Shown one piece after another: positions 14,176-23,208 of a stretch of DNA of 53,024 nucleotides (positions are counted from its first letter, which is position 1; every line of letters begins with the position of its first letter). The DNA is taken from NCBI GenBank assembly GCA_034439715.1, contig JAWXAY010000065.1, positions 1-53,024 of the forward strand. Reading direction: 5' to 3'. The notes below the pieces were generated by a model, which did no database searches, was not told the DNA's origin, and saw only the letters and a program-made list of their open reading frames with translations. Origin of the DNA: Pseudomonadota bacterium. Lineage in GTDB: Bacteria > Bdellovibrionota > Bdellovibrionia > Bdellovibrionales > SG-bin7. The position numbers and the translations under genes are program-made.

Positions 14176-15568
14176 CCCCGGTGATATTCTGGATAATTCT
14201 TTCTAACTCTTCGATATCATTTCTTAATTCTGGATTAGTTTGTTGTTGATCTTCGATCCTCTGCAAGGCGTGTATGACGGTGGTATGGTCTTTGCCGCCA
14301 AAAACTCTTCCAATTTCGGTCAGAGACTTATTTAAATACTTTTTTATTAAGTACATGCAAACATGTCTGGCAGTTACAATTGGTCGGGCGCGGGACTTCG
14401 ACTTGAGATCAACTAAGCGAATTCTAAAGTGTTCTGCAGTTAATCTCTGAATCTCGTCAGTAGTTAAATCTGTGCGCTCCTCGTTAGGCCCCAAAACCTC
14501 TTTAGCTAGAGCAGGATTTATTTCGAGACCACGAAGTTCGGCATACATCTTTACTCGCGTTAGGTTTCCTTCGAGCTCCCTGATGGAACGCTTTGAAACC
14601 CGAGATATATAAGAAATAACATCTTCAGGAACCTTTATCGATCTTCTCTCGGCCTTATATCTAAGAATAGCAACGCGGGTTTCTAGGTCAGGCATCTGTA
14701 TGTCGGCAATTAATCCCCACTCTAGGCGTGTGCGAATACGATCCTCAAGGCCTTTAATTTCCCGAGGCATTTTATCACTGGCCACAATAACTTGACGCTT
14801 TCTTTCAAAAAGGTCATTGAGTGTGTGAAAAAACTCTTCTTGAACAGCCTCAGTTTTTCCTAAGATATGGATATCGTCGACAAGGAGAATGTCGCACCGA
14901 TCTCTATATTTGAGACGGAATTTATCCATTTCATTTCGACGAATACTTGAAATACATTCGTTTAAAAATCGCTCTGCGGATACATAGCATATTCTGAGGT
15001 TAGGAAAAGTACCCCGAATATGATTTCCGACAGCATTGAGTAGGTGAGTTTTCCCCATGCCAGTGGGACCACATATAAATAGAGGATTGTAGCCATCTGT
15101 TCCCGGATTTTGCGCTATATTAAATGAAGAAGCGTGGGCAAACTCGCTATTTCTACCAACTACAAAAGTTGAAAATGTATAATCGCGATTTAATGAATCA
15201 GTAAAACTAGAGTTATTGCTGATCAAGGGCTTTTTAGCCAAAGCCTCTTGGGTGTCGGGCATTTCCTTAAAGGCAAGCTCCAGCTGCGCGGACTCGCTGT
15301 CGGAAGAGGTTTTTCCGGTAATAACAAACTCTATGTAAAATGGATTTTTATGCTGCGCCGATATTTCTGAACAAAGGCGATCAAAAAAATTCTCTGTAAT
15401 CCAGTACTTATGAAGGTCTGAGGGCACCCCAAGACGAAACTTGCTGCCCTTGTCTGTGGGCTCTATGGATAGAAGCTCCATGGGATCAAACCATGTTTGA
15501 ATTAATTTATTGCCAGAGTTTTTGGCTTTTAGGTTACCCTTGACACTTTCCCACAGAGAACTATTCAA
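14171..15568 (-). CDS. dnaA: Chromosomal replication initiator DnaA
   Basis: YTFSTFVVG, NPLFICGPTGMGKTHL, QEEFFHTLN, RELEG, FGGKDHTTV; probable TTG start at 15568 (or 15574) behind GGGGG rather than 15646. Confidence 0.97.
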   Translation of the reverse strand: MNSSLWESVKGNLKAKNSGNKLIQTWFDPMELLSIEPTDKGSKFRLGVPSDLHKYWITENFFDRLCSEISAQHKNPFYIEFVITGKTSSDSESAQLELAFKEMPDTQEALAKKPLISNNSSFTDSLNRDYTFSTFVVGRNSEFAHASSFNIAQNPGTDGYNPLFICGPTGMGKTHLLNAVGNHIRGTFPNLRICYVSAERFLNECISSIRRNEMDKFRLKYRDRCDILLVDDIHILGKTEAVQEEFFHTLNDLFERKRQVIVASDKMPREIKGLEDRIRTRLEWGLIADIQMPDLETRVAILRYKAERRSIKVPEDVISYISRVSKRSIRELEGNLTRVKMYAELRGLEINPALAKEVLGPNEERTDLTTDEIQRLTAEHFRIRLVDLKSKSRARPIVTARHVCMYLIKKYLNKSLTEIGRVFGGKDHTTVIHALQRIEDQQQTNPELRNDIEELERIIQNITGV

Positions 15569-15627
15569 GCTCAAAACCCCCAAGAAACTATATAGTATTT
15601 TCGAAAGATGGGGTTGTGTACCACCCC

Positions 15628-15636
15628 TGTGGAAAA
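15628..15636 (-). promoter_or_regulatory. DnaA box upstream of dnaA
   Basis: TTTTCCACA on the minus strand is an exact TTWTNCACA match in the dnaA-rpmH intergenic region. Confidence 0.7.
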
Positions 15637-15763
15637 CTTTCAACACCTTGACACAATATAGATTAATGTGGTCATATGCCGATTCGTTTTTAAAGCCGAT
15701 TTGTCATCCTATTTTCCAACTGTTAACGCATTTTGGAATTAAAAATCTGAAGGGGGATCCTAA

Positions 15764-15913
15764 GTGAAACGCACCTACCAACCAAGCAAGAAGCGAAGAA
15801 AAAAAACGCATGGTTTTCGAGCACGTATGGCTACTAGCGGAGGCCGAAAAGCATTAGCTCGCCGTCGGGCTAAAGGTCGCAAAAGACTTGTTGTTGCCAG
15901 CAGTGGAAAATAA
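15764..15913 (+). CDS. rpmH: 50S ribosomal protein L34 (not in ORF track)
   Basis: GTG start behind [55 protein letters not shown], 49 aa. Confidence 0.98.
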   Translation: MKRTYQPSKKRRKKTHGFRARMATSGGRKALARRRAKGRKRLVVASSGK

Positions 15914-16258
15914 CAGGCTGTTAGCATTAAAAAAAAATCTGATTTTGAAAAACTTAAGCGCTTTGGCAAAAGAATTTTTTTAACTCCCTGGCTCATTCTC
16001 AATGTGGCGAAAAACTCTGAAAAATCTATGCGAGTGGGATACACAATATCTGGAAAAGTCGGCGGGGCAGTTATCAGAAACAAACTTAAGCGATGGAGCC
16101 GCGAAATCATTAGGCAATGGGCTAAAGAAAACGCCCTAGGAGTAGATGTAAATGTTGTGTTTAAACCAAAAGAAGTCGGTTTTTATAAAAAGCTTCAATT
16201 CTCGGAAGTGCTCGGAGCCTGGTCTAACAATTGGCAAAAAATTAGCACAATTGGCTAA
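15903..16258 (+). CDS. rnpA: Ribonuclease P protein component (frame break in A9 run 15929-15937)
   Basis: [15 protein letters not shown]...[22 protein letters not shown] (RNR-type motif); the natural GTG start at 15903 is out of frame by one base. Confidence 0.88.
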
Positions 16259-16493
16259 TTATTTTTTGTTTTTATTGGTTGGTGCATATCGGACTATTGG
16301 CACCACTTATTTGGGAGGCTCTTGCAAATTTCATCCAAGCTGCTCACAGTTAGCGCTAGACGCCATAGAGCTTAAAAATCCAACCCAGGCTGTCGGAATA
16401 ATTTTTAAGAGGCTTTTAAAGTGCCATCCATTTTCAAACTCGTCTGGCTTTGACCCAATTTCTAAGTATTTAAAGGTGGCTAATGCAAAATAA
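16251..16493 (+). CDS. yidD: Membrane protein insertion efficiency factor YidD
   Basis: CKFHPSCS...RLLKCHPF...GFDP three-Cys pattern between rnpA and yidC; start uncertain (TTG 16251; frame open from 16152). Confidence 0.85.
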   Translation: MANYFLFLLVGAYRTIGTTYLGGSCKFHPSCSQLALDAIELKNPTQAVGIIFKRLLKCHPFSNSSGFDPISKYLKVANAK

Positions 16494-18114
16494 TCAAGAG
16501 CGACATACTTTTTTCGACGGCAAAACCCTTATCGCTATAGTGCTGGTGGGCTTTTTTTGGTTTGCGTGGGAGCGCCACTTACAGCAAAAATATCCTGAGG
16601 CCTATCAGCCCATCGTTCCACCTTCACAAGAATTAGCCGAGCCACCTAAAACTGCAGCCAATGCTTTAGATGCCGATAAGGAAAAACCGAAACCCCCGCC
16701 CGCGCAGGTTTTGAATTTGGCCCGCGAAGAGTTTACCCACTTTGAAGACGCAAATCTAAAATTTGATTTTACGTCAATTGGAATGGGCCTGAAAAACATA
16801 GTCGTCAAATCCTATGTCCAGCGCGATGGCTCTGAAGTAAAGCTAGGTCTTGAAGGGGGGCCGGGTATTTTTGAAACTTCATTGGTAGGAGTCGATGAGC
16901 CGCTTTATTTTAAAGTGGAAAAAAAGTCTGAGTATTCTTATTTGGGTTTAGCTAACCACAACAACATGATTCTGCGTAAAGAAATGACGATTAATCCCAA
17001 CGATTATTCGGTAAAAGTCGATATTAAGATAGAGGGCATCGCGAACGATCTTCGTGGGGTTAAAACCCTGATTTCTGACTTGGTGAGGTCGGTAGAGAGT
17101 CATGGATTTTGGTCATCAATGACTAACCCAAACTATGACTATCAGCACTTTTATGCCGCTTACGAAAACACCTCTACAGATGCGTATTTAATGTCTGGTT
17201 TTGAATTTAAGACCCAGACTCTTAATGCCCTGAGAATTCTGTCGTTCGGTTCACAGTATTTTGCAATGGCGATAGTGGATAAGTCAGGAGTTATGCCAAA
17301 GGGTGAAATATCATGGAAGGATAGTTCAAAATTTTACGGAACTGTAACACATGAAATGGTTAACAAAGAATCAGCCTTTGAGATTTCTTATTTGGGATAT
17401 TTAGGTCCAAAAGATTTGGATGTCGTGTCTCGAGTGGAGCCCAGTTTGACAGCCATAATTGATTTCGGAATGTTTTCAATAATAGGCCGCCCCCTTTTAA
17501 TGATAATGAAGTTCTTCTATGGCTTGTTTCATAACTATGGCCTAGCAATTATACTGCTGACGCTATTTGTCCGGCTCTTGATTTTACCGCTGAATATGAT
17601 GGGCTTTAAATCCATGAAAAAAATGCAGATCATACAGCCACAGCTAAAAAGCATTAATGAAAAATTTAAAGATAATGCTCAGGCAAAAAACCTGGCTACA
17701 ATGGCGCTTTTTAAAGAGCATAAGGTTAATCCCATGGGTGGCTGTTTGCCTATGCTCCTGCAGTTGCCGATATTTTTTGCGCTTTATCAAGTTTTCGCCC
17801 AAAGCATTGAGTTATACAGAGCGCCCTTTGGACTTTGGATCCATGACTTAAGTTTTAAGGATCCCTATTATGTCTTGCCGGTAGCAATGGCAGTGGTGAT
17901 GTTTTTTCAGCAATGGGTTACTCCAACCACCATGGATCCCCAACAGAAAAAAGTAATGATGTTTATGCCGCTCATGTTTTCTGTTTTCATGTTAAATCTG
18001 CCCAGTGGGCTAAGTTTATATATGTTTGTCAGCGGACTATTTGGTGTGTTGCAACAGCTTTATTTTATGAGAGATACCTCGGCAGTAACCGTTACAAAAC
18101 TTGAAATCGTATAA
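16483..18114 (+). CDS. yidC: Membrane protein insertase YidC
   Basis: N-terminal TM, periplasmic domain, IDFG, NYGLAIILLT, NPMGGCLPMLLQLPIF, WIHDLS, PSGLSLY. Confidence 0.96.
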   Translation: MQNNQERHTFFDGKTLIAIVLVGFFWFAWERHLQQKYPEAYQPIVPPSQELAEPPKTAANALDADKEKPKPPPAQVLNLAREEFTHFEDANLKFDFTSIGMGLKNIVVKSYVQRDGSEVKLGLEGGPGIFETSLVGVDEPLYFKVEKKSEYSYLGLANHNNMILRKEMTINPNDYSVKVDIKIEGIANDLRGVKTLISDLVRSVESHGFWSSMTNPNYDYQHFYAAYENTSTDAYLMSGFEFKTQTLNALRILSFGSQYFAMAIVDKSGVMPKGEISWKDSSKFYGTVTHEMVNKESAFEISYLGYLGPKDLDVVSRVEPSLTAIIDFGMFSIIGRPLLMIMKFFYGLFHNYGLAIILLTLFVRLLILPLNMMGFKSMKKMQIIQPQLKSINEKFKDNAQAKNLATMALFKEHKVNPMGGCLPMLLQLPIFFALYQVFAQSIELYRAPFGLWIHDLSFKDPYYVLPVAMAVVMFFQQWVTPTTMDPQQKKVMMFMPLMFSVFMLNLPSGLSLYMFVSGLFGVLQQLYFMRDTSAVTVTKLEIV

Positions 18115-18143
18115 TATTTTTTATGAATACTAGGAGGAATTAA

Positions 18144-18671
18144 ATGGCAGGCTTTTTAAGTAGACTTTTCGGAGGCAAAAAAACAAATGGCTCAGGTCAA
18201 GCTGAGGATGTTGTTAAAGAAACGCTGGACGGAATAATAGCGCGGGCGGACCTTGAGCTCAGCTATGAAGTTTCTTCTGATGATGAAAAAAACATTCACG
18301 TAGAGCTTAGCGGCGCCGACGAAGGATTGGTACTTGAGCGAAACGCCCAGATGATGGATGCGCTTCAACTCCTTTTGCTTCGGGTGCTTCAGCACCGCTT
18401 TCAAGAAGAAAGAGTCGATGTCACCATGGATTGCGGCAACTTTCAAAAACAAGCGAATGATGCACTTATTGAAATGGCAGAAAAGCTAAGAGACAAGGCC
18501 CTCAATAGCAACAAGACAGTTTATTTTCGCGCGCTTCCGCCGAAAGAGCGAAAAATTGTTCACCAATTTTTAGCGAGTGACGGACGAGTGAAAAGTCGCT
18601 CAGTTGGTGATGGCATGTTTAAAAGGATAAAAGTTTTTCCGATTAAAACCGCGGAGGCGGACAACCAATAA
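18144..18671 (+). CDS. jag: Jag/KhpB(EloR)-like RNA-binding protein (KH-like + R3H, no Jag_N domain)
   Basis: DALQ in the KH-like region, ERKIVH R3H motif, SRSVGDG; canonical position between yidC and mnmE. Confidence 0.85.
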   Translation: MAGFLSRLFGGKKTNGSGQAEDVVKETLDGIIARADLELSYEVSSDDEKNIHVELSGADEGLVLERNAQMMDALQLLLLRVLQHRFQEERVDVTMDCGNFQKQANDALIEMAEKLRDKALNSNKTVYFRALPPKERKIVHQFLASDGRVKSRSVGDGMFKRIKVFPIKTAEADNQ

Positions 18672-18674
18672 TGT

Positions 18675-20054
18675 ATGTCGTATATTCTAGGGGACAAAGA
18701 AACTATTTGTGCACTATCAACCCCTGAGGGTCAGGGCGGGATAGCCGTGATTCGCGTTAGTGGAAGTCAGGCGCTAAGTATTACCCAAAAGCTTTGTCCA
18801 GCTTTACCCAAGACCGCCGAAAGTCATCGGGCATATTTTGCAAAATTCATATCACTTAAGAGCCAGCAAATAATAGACGAAGTCCTGGTTACTTATTTTG
18901 AAGATGGGCGCTCATTTACCGGCGAAGAGACGATAGAAATCTCTTGTCATGGAAGCCAGTACCTGGTGCTCGCTATCACCTCTGAACTAGTGGGCGCCGG
19001 ATGTCGAGTGGCCGATCGTGGCGAATTTACCTTTAGGGCCTTTATGAATGGACGCCTGGACTTGGCACAGGCCGAGGGAATATTGGGCTTAATAAAAAGC
19101 CACAATAAAGCTGCCGCAGGAGTAGCGCTTAATCAAATGCGCGGATCCCTTTCAAAAACATATCGAGAAATTGAAAATAAAATAGTATTAGTTTTGAGCC
19201 ATCTTGAAGCAAGCATCGATTTTACTCATGAAGACATTGATCCAATGGAAAACAAGTCTCTAAATAATGAATTGAAAACCATCGAGGCAGCCTGCGAAAA
19301 GCTTTTAATGAGTTATACTCAGGGGCGCATTCTGAGCGAAGGTTGCCGAGTGGCCATTGTCGGGGCTCCAAACGTAGGTAAATCCAGCCTGTTAAATCAA
19401 ATGGTTCAAGAAGAAAAATCAATTGTTACCCCCTTGCCGGGAACTACTCGAGACTTGATAGAAGGCTGTTTTGTGGGCGACGGCTTCAAAATACAACTTG
19501 TTGATTCAGCGGGAATTCGTGAGAGTGAAGACGCCATAGAACGTCTAGGCGTGAAAAAAGCGCTTGAAAGCTTAAGCGAGAGCACGCACGTTTTAATAGT
19601 GCTTGATGGCACCGAGGATTTGCAGCGACAGATGGAGCTCTTCCGGGGCAGGCTTGACGGAAAAATCACAGCCGTCGTCGTGAACAAAATCGATCTGATT
19701 GGTAAAGATAATCTGATGGAATATAAAGTAAGTCAGATAAATCAAAACTGGATTTTTGTAAGCGCATTGACAGGTGAAGGGCTAGCCCTTGTGGGGGATG
19801 TGCTTGCCAAGTGGTCCCGCGAGGTCTCAGATTTTTCTTCGGCCATAATTACTCAATCGCGCCACTTTGAGCTGCTTGGAAAAACCAAAAAAGGCGTGGC
19901 CAAGGCCCATGAGCTTTTAAATGACTGTACATCACCAGAAATTATAGTTTTTGAGTTGCAAGAGGCCGTGCGCGGAATTCATGAAATTTTAGGAAAAGAA
20001 TATTCTGATCAAGTGCTGGACCGGGTATTCAAAGAATTTTGTATTGGAAAATAA
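18675..20054 (+). CDS. mnmE: tRNA modification GTPase MnmE
   Basis: SFTGE, GEFTFRAFMNGR, GAPNVGKSSL, GTTRD, DSAG, NKID, C-terminal FCIGK. Confidence 0.97.
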   Translation: MSYILGDKETICALSTPEGQGGIAVIRVSGSQALSITQKLCPALPKTAESHRAYFAKFISLKSQQIIDEVLVTYFEDGRSFTGEETIEISCHGSQYLVLAITSELVGAGCRVADRGEFTFRAFMNGRLDLAQAEGILGLIKSHNKAAAGVALNQMRGSLSKTYREIENKIVLVLSHLEASIDFTHEDIDPMENKSLNNELKTIEAACEKLLMSYTQGRILSEGCRVAIVGAPNVGKSSLLNQMVQEEKSIVTPLPGTTRDLIEGCFVGDGFKIQLVDSAGIRESEDAIERLGVKKALESLSESTHVLIVLDGTEDLQRQMELFRGRLDGKITAVVVNKIDLIGKDNLMEYKVSQINQNWIFVSALTGEGLALVGDVLAKWSREVSDFSSAIITQSRHFELLGKTKKGVAKAHELLNDCTSPEIIVFELQEAVRGIHEILGKEYSDQVLDRVFKEFCIGK

Positions 20055-20065
20055 AAAAGGTGTTG

Positions 20066-21961
20066 ATGACAAAGCAAGGAAGTCATTTTGATGTAATTGT
20101 AGTTGGAGCGGGGCACGCAGGAATCGAAGCTTGTCTTGCAACCTCACGCTCAGGGCTAAAAACTCTTATGGTTACTTCGAATTTAAATCGAATTGGCTTT
20201 ATGAGCTGCAATCCCTCTATTGGGGGATTAGCTAAGGGCCACATGGTGCGAGAACTTGATGTTTTGGGTGGAGAAATGGGCGCTGCTGCTGATGCCACTT
20301 GTATCCAATTTAAAAGGCTAAACGCAGGAAAAGGCCCGGCGGTGAGGGGCTCACGAGCCCAGTGTGATAAAGATCTTTATAGTTCGCACATGACTGACAG
20401 ACTGAAGACGCAAGAAAATTTAGAAGTTTTTGGTGGCGAGGTTAAAAGTCTTATTTTAGAAAAAGATAATTGTGTCGGAATTATTTTAGGCGACAAAAGC
20501 GAAATTCGAGCGAAGGCAGTAATAATAACAACCGGCACATTTATGAATGGAATCATGCATGTTGGCCAGCAAAGTGTCGCTGGCGGTAGAGTTGGTGATT
20601 CGGCGACGAGCGGACTTTCTGATCAGCTTGCGAGTTTTGGCTTTACGGTCCATCGTCTAAAGACAGGGACGCCCCCCCGGTTAGCAGCCGGAAGTATCGA
20701 TTGGTCAAAAACCGCGCCCCAATGCGGAGATAAAGTATTTTGGCCGTTTTCGTTAAGAAGCGAGAGGAATTTAAGGCTACCCCAGGTCACCTGCTATTTG
20801 GGCTATACAAATGCGAAAACACACGAAATTATTCAAAAAAATCTTAATCTTTCCCCCATGTATAGTGGATTAATAGAGGGCGTTGGTCCCCGATATTGTC
20901 CAAGTATCGAGGACAAAGTTACAAGATTTGCTGATCGCGATCGCCATCAAACTTTTTTGGAGCCCGAGGGGCTTTTAACAGATTCGATTTATCTTCAGGG
21001 AATTTCCACCAGCCTACCCACTAGCGTACAAGACGAGTTTCTAAAAACAATTGATGGACTTGAGAATGTAAAAGTAATTCGCTACGGGTATGCAGTTGAA
21101 TATGATTTTATTGAGCCCACTCAAATATGGCACAGCCTTGAAACCCGTGGAATAAAAAATCTCTTTTTAGCGGGACAAATAAATGGCACAAGTGGGTATG
21201 AAGAGGCGGCTGTTCAAGGATTTATAGCAGGCATAAATGCAGTTAAGAAAATTCGGGCCGAAGAGCCACTGATATTGGGCCGCGATCAGGCATACATTGG
21301 TGTTTTGATAGACGACCTGGTGACGAAGGGAACTCGAGAGCCCTACAGGATGTTCACCTCGCGCGCCGAACACCGACTCATGCTTCGTGAGGACAATACG
21401 GTCGAGAGGCTCTTTGACCTGGGCCGACGTCTGCACATATCAGACGATAAAAATCTTTTACGAGTCGACAGACTAAAGAATGAACGCGAAGAACTTTGGG
21501 ACATGCTGAAGACCAAGAAGGTTGTCCCAAACGCCGAAACTCAGGAGAAATTGAAAAAAATTGATTCGCCTGTTTTGACAAAGCCCCTTACTTTAGAGTG
21601 CTTACTGCGTCGCAGCGAACTGTCGTTTTTGGACCTCAGTGAGTTTACAGATATTAGTAAGTTTAAAGATCCTGAGATTCATGAGGCTGTTGAAATTCAA
21701 GTTAAATATTCAGGCTATATTTTTAGGCAACAAGAGTTAATAGTCCAAGCGCGTCGATTGGAGGGTCTCAGACTCGAGCCAGATATTAAATATGAGGAAA
21801 TTCGTGGACTTTCGACGGAAGAAGTTGAAAAGCTTAAAGATCGCAAGCCAATAAGCATCGGTCATGCACAGAGAATTAGTGGTGTTAATCCATCCGCTAT
21901 ACAGGCGATTTTGGTTTATATAAAGGGTCGCAAAAAATTTAAGGAGTTGACGGTTGATTAA
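20066..21961 (+). CDS. mnmG: tRNA uridine-5-carboxymethylaminomethyl(34) synthesis enzyme MnmG (GidA)
   Basis: GAGHAG, MSCNPSIGG, KTGTPPR, GPRYCPSIEDK, AGQINGTSGYEEAA; ATG 20066 behind AAGGTG. Confidence 0.97.
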   Translation: MTKQGSHFDVIVVGAGHAGIEACLATSRSGLKTLMVTSNLNRIGFMSCNPSIGGLAKGHMVRELDVLGGEMGAAADATCIQFKRLNAGKGPAVRGSRAQCDKDLYSSHMTDRLKTQENLEVFGGEVKSLILEKDNCVGIILGDKSEIRAKAVIITTGTFMNGIMHVGQQSVAGGRVGDSATSGLSDQLASFGFTVHRLKTGTPPRLAAGSIDWSKTAPQCGDKVFWPFSLRSERNLRLPQVTCYLGYTNAKTHEIIQKNLNLSPMYSGLIEGVGPRYCPSIEDKVTRFADRDRHQTFLEPEGLLTDSIYLQGISTSLPTSVQDEFLKTIDGLENVKVIRYGYAVEYDFIEPTQIWHSLETRGIKNLFLAGQINGTSGYEEAAVQGFIAGINAVKKIRAEEPLILGRDQAYIGVLIDDLVTKGTREPYRMFTSRAEHRLMLREDNTVERLFDLGRRLHISDDKNLLRVDRLKNEREELWDMLKTKKVVPNAETQEKLKKIDSPVLTKPLTLECLLRRSELSFLDLSEFTDISKFKDPEIHEAVEIQVKYSGYIFRQQELIVQARRLEGLRLEPDIKYEEIRGLSTEEVEKLKDRKPISIGHAQRISGVNPSAIQAILVYIKGRKKFKELTVD

Positions 21962-22571
21962 CGAATGGTTTGAGTGGCTAGATTCAGAAAAACTTGGAAA
22001 GATTAATCAGTTTCGCGAAATACTAATTAAGTTTAATGACTCTATAAACTTGATTTCTCCAAATACCGTTAAGGTGATTGATAATGTACACTTGGCCGAC
22101 TGTATTCTTGCCTCGAAATATATTCTGGAAAATTTGAATTCAGATACTCTTTTTGACTTAGGCAGCGGCAATGGCATGCCCGGCATAGTCTTGGCAGTTC
22201 TTAGCCTTGATCGGAAGATCGTACTAATAGATCGTGATCAAAAAAAGCTGGAGTTCCTAAAGCATGTGATTAGTGAGCTAAAGCTTACCAATGTCTCCTG
22301 CGCGACTGTAAACCTTGGGCAAGACAAGAGTTTAGCCATTGGCCAATCGGTTACTCGGGCGATGGCTCCCCTTGGAAGGTTTTTGAGCTCAATGAAGGAT
22401 CAATTTATTAGCGGTGGAAAGTGTTATTTAATGAAAACTCCCAAGTGGGAGTCCGAGCTTGCTCCTGATCATGGTTATCTTTTAAGAACTTGGTCGTGGC
22501 GTGTGGTTAACGAGTATGTTTTGCCATTGGACAGCCAGAAGCGAGTTATTATAGAGCTCATTCGAAAGTAG
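21954..22571 (+). CDS. rsmG: 16S rRNA m7G527 methyltransferase RsmG (GidB)
   Basis: NLIS...HLADC, DLGSGNGMPG SAM motif, VTRA; follows mnmG. Confidence 0.9.
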   Translation: MINEWFEWLDSEKLGKINQFREILIKFNDSINLISPNTVKVIDNVHLADCILASKYILENLNSDTLFDLGSGNGMPGIVLAVLSLDRKIVLIDRDQKKLEFLKHVISELKLTNVSCATVNLGQDKSLAIGQSVTRAMAPLGRFLSSMKDQFISGGKCYLMKTPKWESELAPDHGYLLRTWSWRVVNEYVLPLDSQKRVIIELIRK

Positions 22572-22578
22572 ACACGAG

Positions 22579-22594
22579 TGTTCCACGTGGAACA
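22579..22594. promoter_or_regulatory. parS centromere site 1
   Basis: TGTTCCACGTGGAACA perfect palindrome (extends to 22 bp, 22576-22597) matching the bacterial parS consensus. Confidence 0.93.
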
Positions 22595-22596
22595 CT

Positions 22597-23133
22597 CTAG
22601 TGCCCAGCCCCTGCCGCAGCTTCCGCCTTCTTGTCTTCAGAGTCAGACGCTTTAGATTGCTTTTTTAATCGCTGATTCCATTTTGGGACGCGAGAGTCCC
22701 AGGTTCTGCTGCTGTTTTTCAGTCGATTTTCAGCCAGAAAGCTTTGATACTCATCCGGCGGTGGCCAGGGCTGGTCTTTATTAAATGCTATGAGGTAGGC
22801 TTTTCGTGCCTCCTGCTTTCGCGTGTTGGCTCTAAGTTTATAGAATTTCGAAGTTTGAAGGGCCTTTTCTGCTTCTTCTTCTGTGGCGAAGTACCGGGCC
22901 TTCGCTGTTTTTTTTCTTCCCGAAAGCGCTTCAGAGGACTGCCAATCCTTTTTTATCACCTCTAACTCTGAAAGTTTCGTTTTATAGACAGCATAATGGT
23001 CTTTCTCAAACTTCAAAAGATCTGTATAAATAGGATCTAAATTTTCTGGATTTGAGAGCGGTTTCTTGCATCCTAGAAGAAACAAAACAAAAGTAGCCAT
23101 GACTATTCTTAAAGTGACTATACCCATACGCAT
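22597..23133 (-). CDS. Uncharacterised helical lipoprotein between the two parS sites
   Basis: Signal peptide with lipobox FLLGC, followed by a charged helical region; start probably ATG 23133 or 23127 (track start 23148). Confidence 0.75.
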   Translation of the reverse strand: MRMGIVTLRIVMATFVLFLLGCKKPLSNPENLDPIYTDLLKFEKDHYAVYKTKLSELEVIKKDWQSSEALSGRKKTAKARYFATEEEAEKALQTSKFYKLRANTRKQEARKAYLIAFNKDQPWPPPDEYQSFLAENRLKNSSRTWDSRVPKWNQRLKKQSKASDSEDKKAEAAAGAGH

Positions 23134-23138
23134 TAATA

Positions 23139-23165
23139 ATATCGGCATTTTTTTGTGGATTCTTA
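23139..23165 (-). promoter_or_regulatory. Putative sigma28 (FliA)-type promoter of the lipoprotein gene
   Basis: Minus strand TAAG-N15-GCCGATAT versus consensus TAAA-N15-GCCGATAA. Confidence 0.62.
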
Positions 23166-23166
23166 A

Positions 23167-23182
23167 TGTTCCACGTGGAACA
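23167..23182. promoter_or_regulatory. parS centromere site 2
   Basis: TGTTCCACGTGGAACA, identical to site 1, 26 bp upstream of parA. Confidence 0.93.
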
Positions 23183-23208
23183 ATACTCTCAAAGTTTGGA
23201 GGAATTAG

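Noticed and set aside
15569..15646. N-terminal extension of DnaA in the track (also the extensions of the TPR protein, GyrB, MnmG and YidD)
   Set aside because: Longest-ORF artefacts overlapping regulatory DNA or neighbouring genes; better starts exist downstream
22579..23182. The two 16-bp identical sequences as a target-site duplication or CRISPR repeats
   Set aside because: They match the parS consensus beside parAB; only two copies 588 bp apart, with no transposase, integrase or cas gene
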